DNA of 64,000 bases from assembly GCF_009914755.1 (NCBI RefSeq), contig NC_060926.1; one strand, given 5' to 3'. This document shows positions 42,129-64,000 of the stretch, one piece after another. Position 1 is the first letter of the stretch; each line of letters opens with the position of its first letter. Under the pieces are notes generated by a model, which made no database searches, was not told the DNA's origin, and saw only the letters and a program-made list of their open reading frames with translations. This stretch comes from the human T2T-CHM13v2.0 reference genome, Homo sapiens. The translations under genes and the position numbers were made by a program.

Positions 42129-43007
42129 CTGTAACAGTTTTATACCTGTGCAAATATTTAAAGAGCAATCCCAGCTATGTTGTAGATTAGCAGAGCTTTT
42201 CTTCAGAGCCTATAGATTCTCAGTGCCTAGCACCGAGTATACTTCAGCTCTGAGGACAGTGAGGATGATGCTGATCAAGAGAATGGTGGCTATCCTCTGT
42301 TTCTTGAGGTATTTGTTGTATCTTTTCTGAGTTTTCCATCAAATATCTGTACATTTCAGTCTTCAGCACCCTTTGAAGCATTTTCTCTAAGTTTGTGTTT
42401 TGTAGAACATTTTGGTTGCATGACTTTTCTTAGACTTCCTGATGTTGCAAAACCCTCAGGCAGTAGATTTCCTGGGCCAAGAACCAGAAGACACATGAAA
42501 ACAAATGGCAACACCCTTTTGACTAAGAATTTATATTTATAACCCCCTTCTTGAAACTCTACAGCTATTTTAATATTTTATACTCATATTTTCATATAGA
42601 CAGAACTGCTTTAATACTGAGGTACCCAGGGTGTTGGAGGGAGATAGAGAGAGAAAAAGAGAAGTAAAGAAAAGAAAGGATCTTGTCAGGAATCTTCTGT
42701 CTTTCATATTGCAGTTCACAATCAGATTGTTCTTTCTCTGGCTGCAAACCCACACCTGAAATTATTTTTCATCTCCAAGCACGGAGTTATATGAGCAATC
42801 GCTCTTCCTAGAAACCATTTTTTTTCTGCCTGATATTCTAGTAGAGGGAACAAAAATGATAATAATCTTAATGCAACATGTAATAGAATTAAATTTTTCC
42901 TGCTGATAATATATATTTTGATATGAGAAAAGAAGCAGGGATAGGCTGAAATCGAATGGCAGGAGATATGGCCACAGTCTTTAATCCCCTATTTTCTTGA
43001 CCTGCAG

Positions 43008-43198
43008 ATTGTCTCATTCGGGGAAGCTCCAGGGTTCTCAAGCGGAATTCGTGTTTCATTTTGTGTAGCACCCGTCAGAAAGACAAGCCAGGCATGAGGA
43101 TCCATGATGAGCGCTCTTCTGAGTTGCCATTTGGAGCTGCCCGTTTAGAAAGCAAATCTGCATTTCCCTCATTCCTAGTTTCCTTCATCCTCTTTTAA
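43008..43198 (+). CDS. HNMT: HNMT alternative terminal exon, coding part (126-aa short isoform)
   Basis: Acceptor attttcttgacctgcag|AT; in frame after exon 2: DCLIRGSSRVLKRNSCFILCSTRQKDKPGMRIHDERSSELPFGAARLESKSAFPSFLVSFILF*; 190+191 nt = 127 codons; matches the annotated short isoform as I recall it. Confidence 0.85.
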
Positions 43199-43413
43199 GT
43201 GTCATCTTTTCCATGAAGCCTACTAGATCACACAGTTGAAAATTGCAAAGTCTTCACACCGCAGCTTCCCCTTTCTTTGTTGCTTTGGTTTTCTCCGTGG
43301 GACTTCCCACCATCCGTAAAATTAGGTGTTTTTGCCTGTTTTATTCACTGCTACGTCTCCAATGGTTAGAACCTGACATTTAGTGGGTGCTCAATAATAT
43401 TTGTTGAAGTAAT
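43160..43413 (+). mobile_element. L2 3' end
   Basis: …aagtgtcatcttttccatgaagcct…gttttattcactgctacgtctcca…tagtgggtgctcaataatatttgttga (L2 terminus). Confidence 0.7.
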
Positions 43414-43640
43414 GTATAATAACTTCACTTTCTTGAGTAATTACTATATATCATGAACTGTGGTAAATTATCTCCATATAATGCCTGTAATCTTTACAAC
43501 ACCTCTAACCCTATAACATAAACCATGTTATACCCATTTTACACATATGCAATTTAAAGGACAGAGAGACCCACACATTTGCATAGGATAATTCTAGTGA
43601 ATAAGAAATTTGCGTTCTTTTGTCTCTCTACAGGCTTCTT

Positions 43641-43940
43641 CTTATTATTATTATCACTATTTTGAAACAGAGTCTTTCTCTGTCACCCAGGTTGGAGTGC
43701 AGTGCCGCGATCTAGGCTCACTGCAACCTCCGTCTCTCAGGCTCATGTGATTCTTGTGCCTCAGCCACCCGAGTAGCTGAGATTACAGGCTCACGCCACC
43801 ACGCCCAGATAATTTTTGTATTTTTAGTAGAGATTTCACCATGTTGGCCAGGCTGGTCACGAACTCCTGGCCTCAAGTGATCCACCAGCCTAGGCCTCCC
43901 GAAGTGCTGGGATTACAGGCAGGAGCCACTGCGCCCAGCC
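43641..43940 (-). mobile_element. Alu (AluJ/old AluS)
   Basis: Antisense dimer with degenerate (TTA)n tail. Confidence 0.92.
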
Positions 43941-45250
43941 TTAATTTTTTCTTTTCACGATTTTTTTCCATTTTAAATTAAATGCCTTTGGATTTTAAAA
44001 AATGCAACATTCCTCTGCTATCTTATTAAACGTATCCTTGAACTTCAGGGAGTGGAGAATAGGTGTCTGGAAAATGAGACACTGCTTTTCTTTGTTTTTG
44101 AACTTAACAAGTTCCACATTCAGAGATCTCAATTACATGCCCTTCATTGAATGTAAGTGTGATGCATTTAACATACAGCTTGTGTGAAAGCAGGATATTA
44201 TAACCACAAACATATCTGACTTTAAAATTAAGTAAAATACTCAACATAGCCCAGAATGGAAACATGGGAATTAATTCTATATCTGTGGCAGATCTGAGGG
44301 ACACGGTGGTACCAAAAATTGAGATTTACAGAGAAGGAGATTTTTAATAATTCAGTTTTCATTAACTTCCCAAATCAGAAAGCCAGCATATTCTGTTTGG
44401 TAGGAAATTACACAGGAGTGAAGAAAAAAATCCACAATTCAGCTGATTAGAAAACAAGTTTTCATTAAACTAAAATTTATTGAATTTTTAAGCAATGTAT
44501 AGCCAGCTAGCTTCCAAAAATTTGCTCATCGATATTGCTTAATAAAAAGTGTTTTCTTTCCCTTTATATGCTGTAATAACATAAACTGCCTAAGTGCTAT
44601 TTTGGAAGCTGAATCATAGAGGGGCTAAGTGTTATGAAGGCTTATTATTTTCCAGACACTTTGCTAGCCACTTGACATATGTAATCACATTTTATTCTAA
44701 TGGAAACTCTGTGGGGACTTCCTTTAAAAATGAAAGAGCTGAGGTTCAGATATTTTGAGGCTCAGATGGTTTAAGATGCATTTCATCAAGTAATAGACGG
44801 TGGAGCCGATCTCCAAGCCCAGGTTGGATTTTTCCTGAAGCGCATGATTTTTTCCTATTATCCCAAAGCCTCATCCATAAATATCATGCAGAACCTATGT
44901 AGTTGCTCATTATAGAGAAAGTTCTAGAGCCTAAAGTAGTCCAAAGTAAGTGACCCAAAACCAGGAAGACAGTTAACAGTAGAATACACAGACTTGCCCA
45001 AGGGGTATATCCTCCACATCCTCCACAAAGTATTTCCTGCTCTTCTTCTTGGACTCAGCCTCCCCTGTCCTCACTACAGTCACTAACTCTGCTTTTGTAT
45101 TTTCACTGTTTGCCCTGAAGAATTCCATTATACCATTGTTGTAATTTATTGCACTTAATGTGTTTTATGTTTCCGATTACCAATCTGTACATTTTTATTC
45201 TCCTATTGTATATTTTTATACAATATACATATAGTGTATACAATATATAT

Positions 45251-45769
45251 TGTAGGGAACAAAAAAAAATTCCCCCTCAACCCTCATGAATTCTTAGTTG
45301 GGATGGGTCCCTATAACAAAAGATAGATTAATAAGAGGGAAACAAACACGTTTATTAACGTGCAGTGCTCATCATACAGGATACACTCCAAGGAAAAGTA
45401 ACTCGAAGTAGTGGTTTGGAACTCTGGCTCATAGAGCATCTTCAACAAAAAACAATAAATTTGTGGGGAAATGACAGGACAAAGGAAAATTATTTTAGGC
45501 TTCCAAGGGAGGGAAACTGTGGGAAGGTAAATATATGGGTGGAAAATATGAGTAAGTTTGTTTGCAGATTCCTCTGGTGCTGTCTCTGGGACGGTAAGAG
45601 TTTAGAGTTGTCTCCAGTAAAGGAGAATTTATAACCTGCCCTTAGGCAGAAGAGTAGGAGGATAGGGAAAATTTTCCTTCCATTTGCTGCTTCTTAATTG
45701 CCTTTAGCTCAAAAACAATTTTCTTGTCAAAGAGGCAGATGTCGAGGTGACCTATTCTGGTTTCCCTCA
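45251..45769 (-). mobile_element. MER34-family ERV1 solo LTR, 4-bp TSD
   Basis: TG…CA ends flanked by ATAT; minus strand start tgagggaaaccagaatagg…ttttgagctaaaggcaattaagaagcagca. Confidence 0.75.
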
Positions 45770-45779
45770 ATATATTACT

Positions 45780-46300
45780 CTTTCTTGCATTGTCATGGAG
45801 TACTATACCCTGAAGATTACCGTATTGCTAAGTATTGATCTGATCTATGGATTCTGACTGTTACAGAATACTGAGTGTTGTGCATCCACCACAATTTTTC
45901 TGCCTTATAACTTTCCATCTAACTCCCTTCTATCCCAAGCAATGCTGTAGTGAACGTGGTTCAGTATCTCCTTATCCACCCATGTGAGAATTTCTTTGGA
46001 TTATGCATTTTTATTACATTCTCAATTCAGAACTCCTGGGTCGTAGGTTATGCATATATTTAATACGAATAAGTATTACCAAATTAGTCCCCATAGTGGC
46101 TGCTCCAGTCTATATTCTCAGTGGCCTGGATGAAGTTTCTCTATCTGAATATCCCTGACATCACTTAGCATTCTTTAGCTTTCTGATGTTTTGCAAGTCC
46201 AACAAGCATCAGGTGATATTGTATTGCCATTTTAATTTTCATCTCTTTGATTATTAATGAGTTTGAGCAATGTCAATGTGCCTATTAACTTTTTAAGAAA
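45780..46300 (-). mobile_element. Old L1M ORF2/3' fragment
   Basis: Antisense L1-like string (…gaactcctgggtcgtagg…ccatagtggctgctccagtctatattctc…attttcatctctttgattattaatgagtttgagca). Confidence 0.6.
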
Positions 46301-47676
46301 TTATCTCTATAAGCCCAACAGTGGGCATTTCCTGGCATATAATGGATCCTTAGTGGATGTATGATTGAAAGAAAGACATTATAGCATGCAAAATTCCCAA
46401 ATTAGTCTCAGGCTTTGATTTTTGATACTTGTTGGTTATCTCGAAATCTGAACACTAAGTAAATATTGGAATTAAGTTTTTGAGGTAATTAACTATATTA
46501 ATCAGTTGTCCTGATTTTACAGTCGAAGATTGTTGGTAAGTTTGACATAGGGAAATTAAACTTAAAAAAATCATAAAAATAACATTTTTTAAAAGTTACC
46601 ATATGATGTAAGGAGTGACTGTGAGTTATATTTTCCCATTTTGTAGATGAGCAAATGAGTTCAGGAGAGATTTAAATACCCTATGAAAAGCATGCAGAAT
46701 TCTGGTAGCACTATAAGGATAAATAAAAAGATTGGGCCATTTGGCTAGGGCTGGCATGAGTTAATTATAATCATTATGTGATTAATAAAACATTTGACAT
46801 ACCAGCAATCATGTCATGAAGTTCTATTCTCTGCCTTTGAATAGTAGCAAACTAGGATTATAATTTTATAATGACAGACCAGTTTAAGATAGAAGAGACA
46901 TGACACGTAAGACTCTCAGCTTCTCACTATCTGCCTAAAACGTGCATGGACAAAATTGGTGTGTGCTAAAGGCAGTGCCACAGGAACCGAAACTAAAAAA
47001 AAAAAAAAAGATTAAGAATGTATAAAACCGCTCTAACTCCATCCCTTGACTGCCTTGGGATCTCAAATAGCAGAAATGTATGTCCATCAACAATGCAAGT
47101 GGAAGTGTATGTCTAATTTAAAGCCGTGTCCTAAGAATAGGATTTCACATAATGTGCTAGCTAAAGCGTAGAGGGTTGGTAGAGCTTTTGTTAGGGATTT
47201 CCTTGCAGCCTATCTTCACATCCTACCCTTTAAACATGCTTTTTTAAATGTAACAGCAGAGCACCTAGAAAACCTATTTTTCCAAGTTGTGACTTCTCTC
47301 TTTCCTACATACTTTTATTCTTCTAGTCATCCAAGTAACTATCTTACTAGTAGCAGTCTGTGAGTCTGTCTATGCATTCATGCATCCGTCTAACCAGCTG
47401 TCTACCTACTTATCCATATTTTTTAAGCAATAAAAATTTCATTTTGTAGCCTCTTTTACTAGTGCACTTGCCCAGAACAGACAGTCTCCCACTCAGAAGA
47501 CCAGTTCTTTGAGTCACCAGATAAAGTTCATATATGATATAAGGTATAGTCACATCTTCAGTATACTAACATTTACTATAATACAGCAATGCCTTTTAAA
47601 ATCAAATACACGTGATTTTACAAAACCAAATGTAAGCCTCCAGGATGTAAGAGAACAACTTGCATTATAAAGTATC

Positions 47677-47793
47677 CTTGAACCCAGGAGGCAGAGCTTG
47701 CAGTGAGCCAAAATCACGCCACTGCACTCCAGCCTGGGCGACAGAGCGAGACTCCATCTCAAAAAATAAAATAAAATTAAAATTAAATAAAAA
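47677..47793 (+). mobile_element. 5'-truncated Alu (end of right arm, AluY-like)
   Basis: ttgaacccaggaggcagagcttgcagtgagcc…gagactccatctc followed by an A-rich tail. Confidence 0.9.
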
Positions 47794-47989
47794 TGTTTAA
47801 TTAGATACATAATGGTAAATGTGGTACTAGTGTTAGTGGTAAATATGGTAATTAGCGTAGAGAGGTTAAATGATTACAGTAAGCTAAAGGCCAAATTGTT
47901 GTTAATTTGAGTTGTTTTATATATGTTGATAAATGCCTTGGAATAGTCACTTGCATACAAAATAATAAAAGAAAAAATTTAGACCTGTA

Positions 47990-48455
47990 GTAATTAGTCA
48001 GGGTTCTCTAGAGAAACAGAACCAACGAGATTATATATATATAATATAAATACAATTTATATATATATACCTTAATATGTAAAATAAGGAATTAGCTTAT
48101 ATGATTATGAAGGCTGACAAGTCCCAAGATCTGCAGTCGGTAGGCTGGAGACCCAGGAGAGCCCATGGTGTAAGTTCTAGTCTCAAAGCCAGCAGGCCTG
48201 AAGGCTTGAGACTCAACAAAGGCTGATATTTCAGTCTGAGTCTGAAGGCCAGAAATGACCAGTTCCAGCTCAAGCTGTTCTCTTCTGGTCTTGGATTGAT
48301 TGGATGAGGGAGGGCAGTCTGCTTTACTCAGTCTACCAATTCAAACATTAATCTCATCCAAAAATGCCCTGACAGACACACCCAGAATCATGTTTATCCA
48401 AATGTCTGAGCACTCCATGGCCCAGTAGAGATGACACATAAAAGTAACCATCACA
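47990..48455 (-). mobile_element. MLT2 (ERVL) LTR
   Basis: attagtcagggttctctagagaaacagaacc…(TA)n…aagtcccaagatctgcagtcgg…aaaagtaaccatcaca. Confidence 0.85.
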
Positions 48456-49393
48456 GAAAGGTTTTCTAATTGGAAGATAAACACTTCGAAAATAATTAAT
48501 TTGAATAAATTTTTATAGAAACATTTCAAATTATAGATAAAAAAAGAAAATTAAAAATAAGCTATAATTCTATCGCCATTAGATAACTCTTGATTTGAAT
48601 TTGGTGCATATCTTTCTAAACATTGTATATTGAAATGAAGTGCTGTGTATCCCATTGATTTATGCTGATACATACTTGGATTTGCCCAGCTTTGCTAAAA
48701 TTACACACAAGGGATCAATTGAGAAAATCAGTTACATCATCATCACAAGCACAGAATGAAAAATCATTAATTTGCCTTGCTATTCACAGAAGGGGAGAAA
48801 AGAAAAAAAGAAAGAAAATACTATGATATGTTTGAATAGAGTTTGTTTAATCATCAAAATTATTTCTCTATTTGTCACAGAAAATGCTGTAGCCTTTGTT
48901 TCTTTAGGGAGAAACATTTAATGTCATTTCTTAATAGGGCTTTTGTTAACCCAAACAGCTGTTGGTGTGTATGTATCTAAAGGCCTTAGGGGGTCAAAAA
49001 TAAGTAGCCTTCAATCATCAGAGTTATGACCAAGCAATGGTCATGAGAGGTCACATGTGGGAAGAGACTGACTATAAACTGAGCATGTATTGCCCTACTC
49101 CCCTTAAATGCCATTTTCTGGATCTCAAGTTTAAGATTCCTAGAAAGTTTTGCAATGTACAATAAAAGTAGATTGCTGCTTCCACATTTTTTTCACTTAC
49201 CCCTGAATTTGTTGAGAATTTCTGAATTATTTGACTCAAGTCTAGTTTACTTTCTGCCATTATTTTGACACATTAGTTTGGCTTGTGTTCTCTCTGAAAG
49301 CATTTGTAAGGCATTCCATACCTGATTCTGGAACATAGTCATAACATTGTGGGTCCTGCTCTGAAGGATTCAGTTAGAAAGGACAATGGCCAC

Positions 49394-49425
<32 letters not shown>

Positions 49426-50366
49426 GAATCTCTTATACTGATGGCTTATGGTTCTATAGGGTATAGTAACCCCTCATATGCCTGCAAAGATTAATGATCA
49501 AATCAGCTCAGTTATTCAATCCAGCATTTAAGTATCCTTAGTTCTTTTTAACAAACTTGTTGGAAGCAAGCCTTTGCTAGTACATCATATAAATGAAGAA
49601 GAGCAATAATTTAGATCAGGAAAGACAAGTGTGTTTTATCTGTGTTGCCAACTCCAGTCAATTGATGGGTAGTTAGTGTCTGGAAGATTCTCATGCTGCT
49701 TCTGGGCTCTGTGGGAAAGACCACTAAGATTACCAGCTATGAGTGGTAGAGTTTTAGATGTGTAGGAGTTAGCCAGCTGAAGTGAAGAAGTGAGGGAGAC
49801 CTTTTTAGGCAGAGGAGAAAGCATGGGAGAGGATGGTACGTAAAGGAAAGAGGGTAGAATGCAAGCAATTCAGGGCTCCTGGAGCCGCAAAATTCAGAAT
49901 ATAAAACTGTGAGTGATGAGAATAAGGACCAGGCCAGATAGTCTATGTTTAGTGGAGAAGCTTGACCTTCATCCATTTTATAGTCACTAGAAGATTTTAA
50001 GCAGGGAAGTGATAGGTTTGCTTAGCAGGGTTTAAAATGGTTATCATGGTAAGTGCTTTGAGGAATACAAGACCAGAGGTAGGCTGACCTTTTAGGATAT
50101 TATTGCAGTATTCCAAATGTGAATAATCTTGACCTGAATAAGAGCACAGCTAGTAGGGACAGAATTGAGAAAGTAAACTTCTTGATGGCCAGGAAAGGAA
50201 GATAAAGGAAGAAGAAACTTTGAGTGATGATGGATAGCAAACAGCATGGGTGAATGTTTAAAGAAAAGATAATACTTTAAAACTAAATGTTAAATGGTTA
50301 AACAAGACTATAATATGACAGATCTGAACTATTGACCCCCCTTTTTTTAAACAGGCAAGAGGATTA

Positions 50367-52362
<1,996 letters not shown>

Positions 52363-52519
52363 AAATTATTTTTTAAAAATACATGTCTGCTATTTCTGAG
52401 GGATACTGAAAAGCAAATCATGTAGAATACAATGTCAAGGAATATTTTATTTTATGATTTTATATCTTATGGATATGTATATATACCCACACATATTTAT
52501 ATGTACATACATATGTATA

Positions 52520-53436
52520 TGTTCTGAGGGAAAAACTCAAACTTTTTCCTCTGCTCTCACACCACAACAATCAACACAGAAGACTTCTGTGACCAAATGC
52601 ATGAGTTTTTTTTTTCTCCCAACACCAAGCAGCAGATACTTCCAGGTATCTTCCAATTCAATTCAATTCTGATGCTGTCTCCCTGAAAATAATGTCAGAT
52701 CCCACAGGTTGAGGGCTCAGTCCCACAAGACTGTCCCCTTTCAGACACCAGTTGCAAGTTTGGGCCTCCAGAATTTCTCAGTAGCCAGCTTCAAGTTGAG
52801 GTTTCCACAACCCCTCTTTGGGTTTGATTAATTTACTAAAGTGGTTCACAGAACTCAGGGAAACTGGCTTAATTTGCTGGTTTATGATAAAGGATGTTAC
52901 AAAGGCTACAGATGAAGAGATGCATAGGGTAAGGTATGAGAGAAGGTACACAGAGCTTTCATGCTCTGCCTGGATATGCCACCTGCCAGGATCCTACACA
53001 TGTTCACTATCTGGAAGCTCTTCAAATCCTGTTCTCTTGGGCCTTTTATGAAAACTTCATTGGATAGGCATGACTGAAGCATGGACAACCATGTAGTAAT
53101 GTGATTGGATGAAAAGGTTATAATCTAATGCTGATAGGCTGAGTGGGAAAACCCAGTGAGGCCTATCTGTTCAGATTCTTCTTGATCTCTCTGTGCAGCA
53201 TTAATTCCTCTAGGATATGGGACAGGACCTCCTCTGAAATGAGGTCTTATGACCCTCAATCACAAAGGTGGAAACATGTTATAGTCCTGCCTTGTATAGG
53301 TGAAAGGTTTTCTGAGGTCTGCTCCTGAGGCCAAAAGCACCATAAAATTATAATAAAAGACTATTAACAAGGGCTATGGGAATCATAAGCCAGGAGCCAT
53401 AGATAAAAACATATAGATATATAAAATAATATCACA
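52520..53436 (-). mobile_element. MER21-like solo LTR
   Basis: gtcagatcccacaggttgagggctcagtcccacaagactg…gggctatgggaatcataagccaggagcc…atatcaca. Confidence 0.75.
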
Positions 53437-53605
53437 CACATATATCGATCTATGCATATACACACATTTCTATAAAGATACATATATGTATGTAAATAGA
53501 TAGAAGTAGATATTTATATAGCTAGATATAGAAGTAGATAATTGTATTATTTATTACATATATATCACAATAAGAAATACTATACTTATTATAAAAATAA
53601 CACAG

Positions 53606-59940
<6,335 letters not shown>

Positions 59941-61589
59941 AAAAGCACAGAATGTAATCGCCTATGAGCACAGTGGTATTATTTATTGTCCAATGTAGGG
60001 TACTTTAGAGAATTAGTTGGAAAGAGTAGGTAAAATAATTAAAATTATTATAATTTTTGAAATTTGTATGCATTGAACAAATTTCTCATATTAGTAAATT
60101 TATGAAATGTTCTTTTTTAAAAACTACTTCCAAAACTAAAATTCTGCTAATGATATTTTATTAAAAATGAACAAGTTAGGACCAAAAAACGAAAGCAGAT
60201 GGACACTAAGACAACAGGTATAAAATGGAAATGTCCCTGACAAACAAGTATGGTCACCCTACTTATGAGGTCAGAAATAGATTTTACGTTCTAATTGACT
60301 CTTAAGGAAATAGTTGCATTATCACCTCTTCTTAAACTTAATTTATTTTTGTCAGGAATCCAGCACACATGAGCTTATACTCTAGAGGCTGTTATGCAAA
60401 CCAATGGTTTCCATATGTCAATTGTGATTCTAGCATTGTGTCCTCTATCAGTGCCCCAGGGAGAGGGACTGCCTGGCTCTGAACATGTCCCAGACTGTGC
60501 TAGATATATTTTGCCAACCAGGCCAACCTGAAATGTCAAGGTCCATCTTTGGAGGAGAGCTCATCAAGCCCTGAGGGGATATAATTGCATTTCAGTTATC
60601 TTTTTCAAAATGTCGAATTTGAGATCCTCATAATTGATAATTTTTCATTTAAAATGTATGGCTAGGTTAATATGAGGCAAGAACAGAAAATTTTGGTCTC
60701 TAGTCTTTTGGGGGCAAGCTGGAATCTATTTCCCATTAGCCCACAGCTATTCTTACCAGCCTTTTGTCTTAGTTGTCTTTTTTTCCCTTCAGAATAGTTG
60801 CTGAACAGAAGAATAAAAGGCTTTTCATGTCTTTTTAGCATTTGTGATCTTTCTACTTCTTAGTTGAATGAGTTAGAAGAATAAACATTGTAGATTTAGA
60901 CAAATGTGACTTAAACTTCAGGTATATCAATATCCCTTGAATGTCAACATACTCAAATCACCTAATCCAGTTGGGAATATTAATAATATCATGGAACTTG
61001 CTGTCAGGATTAATGAGATGTTCCAGGTAAAAAGCCTAGCACAGTGTTTGGCAAATAGTAGGTGGCCAATAATAAATGGCAGCTATAGTCATCAGTGAAG
61101 AAATACATGATTTCAAGTAGGTAGGGCTGGCTGTGAAGAAAATTGTCACATAAGTGACTTCATACTCTATTTCAGCTTCCTTCCCACTCTCCCTCCTTCC
61201 CTCCACACACACCATGTACGCCATCTCCTATTGTCAGTACTTGGGACTCTCATATGCACCTGGACCACTGTCTTTTCCCAGTCTAGCATCTTCTGTTCCT
61301 GGTTTATCTTCCTCATCTCTTTCCTTCCAGACCTCCCAGTCTTATGACCTCTGCTTTTGCTTCCTGCTATGTGCAGCCTTGGAAAGTTTCTGCTAATGTC
61401 ATTTATGCCAAATGTTAAAGACTAACATCATTTTCCTATGCTAATCTTGCCAGGAGGTATTTCCATTTTAGTGAAGGTCAACATCATAACCTAACTGAAT
61501 AAAAGTGCAAAACATAAGTTGGAGGCATCAGCAAGAGGGAGAGAAGAGATATTTTCAAATAGATGTACTCAAGATAACAATAAAAATAA

Positions 61590-61810
61590 TGAACAGCTAA
61601 CATTTATTCACTGCCAACTTTATTTTGCACTGTGCATTATATGCATTACTTCATTTAACCCTCACAACTAATAAATTAAGTACTATTATTATTTTTATTT
61701 TTCTAATAAAAAAAAAAAGAAGCTTGGAGAGGTAAAGCAAATTGCCCAAAGTCGTATACACCGAGTAAGTGAAGAAGACAGGTTTAAAACTCAAGTCCAT
61801 CTGACTTATT
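61590..61810 (-). mobile_element. MIR SINE
   Basis: cagctaacatttatt…cttcatttaaccctcacaact…ggagaggtaaagcaaattgcccaaagtc…aaactcaagtccatctgact. Confidence 0.75.
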
Positions 61811-62679
61811 GTCATCTCTCTTACACTAACCCTTACAGGCTGAATTTTCACCAGGGCAGGGATTCTTGCTTGGAAGTCCTGCCTTGCTCAATATTCTAAG
61901 AAATCTAGACTGCTAGTAGTTCCAAATATACTCTTTTATTTTCTGTGTGTGCATCTGTCATCTTGTCCCCTGTACCTGCAATCCCTCACTTCCCCACAGT
62001 TTCTGGGCTAACTCCCACTTACCCTGGGAGTGACAGAGTTCATGAGTGATCTTCCCCCATGAAGCATCATCACTCTGGCATCATCTCTCGTCCTCTCCCC
62101 ATATGTTCTCTTCCCTCTTCCTACCTTGATTCAACTGAGCCAGGGCTATTTCTGTGTCTGTGAACAGGTAATAGTGTTTATGAGGGCAGATATCTGACAT
62201 GTTTTTCTTCTTTATTTTACCTGACATATGCTTGTACCCTTTATTTAATCTGACATTTTTTTGTACTCTTCTGGCCTAGCCTACTCTGCCAGTTCTGAGG
62301 TGCATTTTTTTTTCGTATTTTAATACCTCTGATATTGTTATGCTCTCCAGTTGATAAAATCTTAAAATTTTAATTGACAGTGGCTTTTTTCTAACTTGGT
62401 GAAACAAAAATAAGGGTTAATTTCCTTCTACAATCAACAGCATCTTTGATTTGATGAAATATAGTGATAGATGTTAAAGATCATGTAAACGAATGGATGG
62501 CACTCACAGCCCTCCTTGAGTCACATTACTATGCCTACTTAGAACCTAGCTGCCCTGCATCATGGCAGGGCAGCAGTTGAACATTATTCTTTATTTATGT
62601 TAGGCTTTCCTAGTAAAGGTAGGGCAGATAATAAATCAGCTAAAATTGTTTTTAATCATTTCTTGCTGGAATGATGTGA

Positions 62680-62886
<207 letters not shown>

Positions 62887-63139
62887 TAAAAATATAGTTA
62901 CTGTGGTATGCTTTTCACAAGCTTATTGGGAGAAGAACTGAATTAGTTCTTGGCAGGCATGACTAAACATCTCAAAATGTGAACAGTGAATAATAAACTC
63001 CCTTTTCTATTAACACTTCATCCATTCCCCAGTTGTCATCAATGATTACCTTTTGATGTTTATGCTTAAGTACAGATTCATTCATTGATCCAGAATTATT
63101 TAAACCAACCTTAAAGAGCTTATGTTTAGTGGGTTACAG

Positions 63140-63524
63140 TAAAAGTTCACAAACTTTTCCTGGCAAAGGCCAAATAGTAAATATTTTAGATTCAGAAGGT
63201 CAATTCAGTCTCTGCCATAACTAATCAACCTGCCATGTGCCACAAAGGCAGCCAAAAAGAAAAATAGGTAAACTAACAAGCATGGGTGTGTTTGAATAAA
63301 ACTTTATTTGTAAACACTAAAATTTGAATTTCATATCATTTTCACATATGAATTAGCATCCTTCTTTTGTTTTTTTAAATCATTCAAAAATATAATGACG
63401 TGAAACATGAATGGCAGTGACACAAAGTCAGGAAGTAGAACGATATATGTTTTTAGCTTGCGGTTCATACAAAAATAAGTAGCAGGCTAGATATAGTCCC
63501 TGGACTGTAGTTTGTCTTCTCCTG
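63140..63524 (-). mobile_element. MER58B-like hAT DNA transposon
   Basis: caaacttttcctggcaaaggccaaatagtaaatattttag…aataaaactttattt…aaatttgaatttcatat…gactgtagtttg. Confidence 0.75.
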
Positions 63525-63786
63525 AATTATACAAACATATCTGTTTCCAATTCACTTTCCATTGATAAAATTCACCAGTTGATTCTTCATTAATACTAAG
63601 ACAATATAACCTATTCTGCCCAGGGTTCTTGTAATTATTTCTTCCTGACTCTTTCTTTCACCTCTAATTTCATTAAATACTAGAAACCAAAAAAAGCAGT
63701 ATGAACTCTCTGGTCTCCCAGACATAAGAAAGAAAAACGTTCTTTCTATCTGTTTGTATATAACATTGATTGCATTAAAATTCTAA

Positions 63787-63999
<213 letters not shown>

Positions 64000-64000
64000 A

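Overview
AT-rich, repeat-dense primate (almost certainly human) genomic DNA containing the 5' part of HNMT (histamine N-methyltransferase) on the + strand. About 26 kb of upstream sequence is followed by coding exons 1-4 (26264-26400, 31937-31989, 62705-62812, 63851-63981; codons 1-143, all GT-AG, frame-consistent); the gene continues beyond the window. Two alternative terminal exons (28869 and 43008) would give truncated 51-aa and 126-aa products that match short HNMT isoforms as I recall them, and both overlap transposon-derived sequence. The rest is mostly Alu, L1 (including a full-length, dead, sense-oriented L1PA8-like copy in intron 2), HAL1, L2, MIR, CR1/L3, MER58 and many ERV/MaLR solo LTRs, plus a 32-bp AT-rich minisatellite. 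Nearly all ORFs in the supplied track are repeat-derived or chance ORFs. I found no novel multi-gene system. The most interesting observations are regulatory or structural: TE-built terminal exons, a strong splice acceptor 10 nt before the start codon, a convergent pair of CTCF-like motifs, a displaced 64-bp duplication and closely spaced inverted Alus. Repeat subfamily names come from recognition of consensus sequences, not from a database search.
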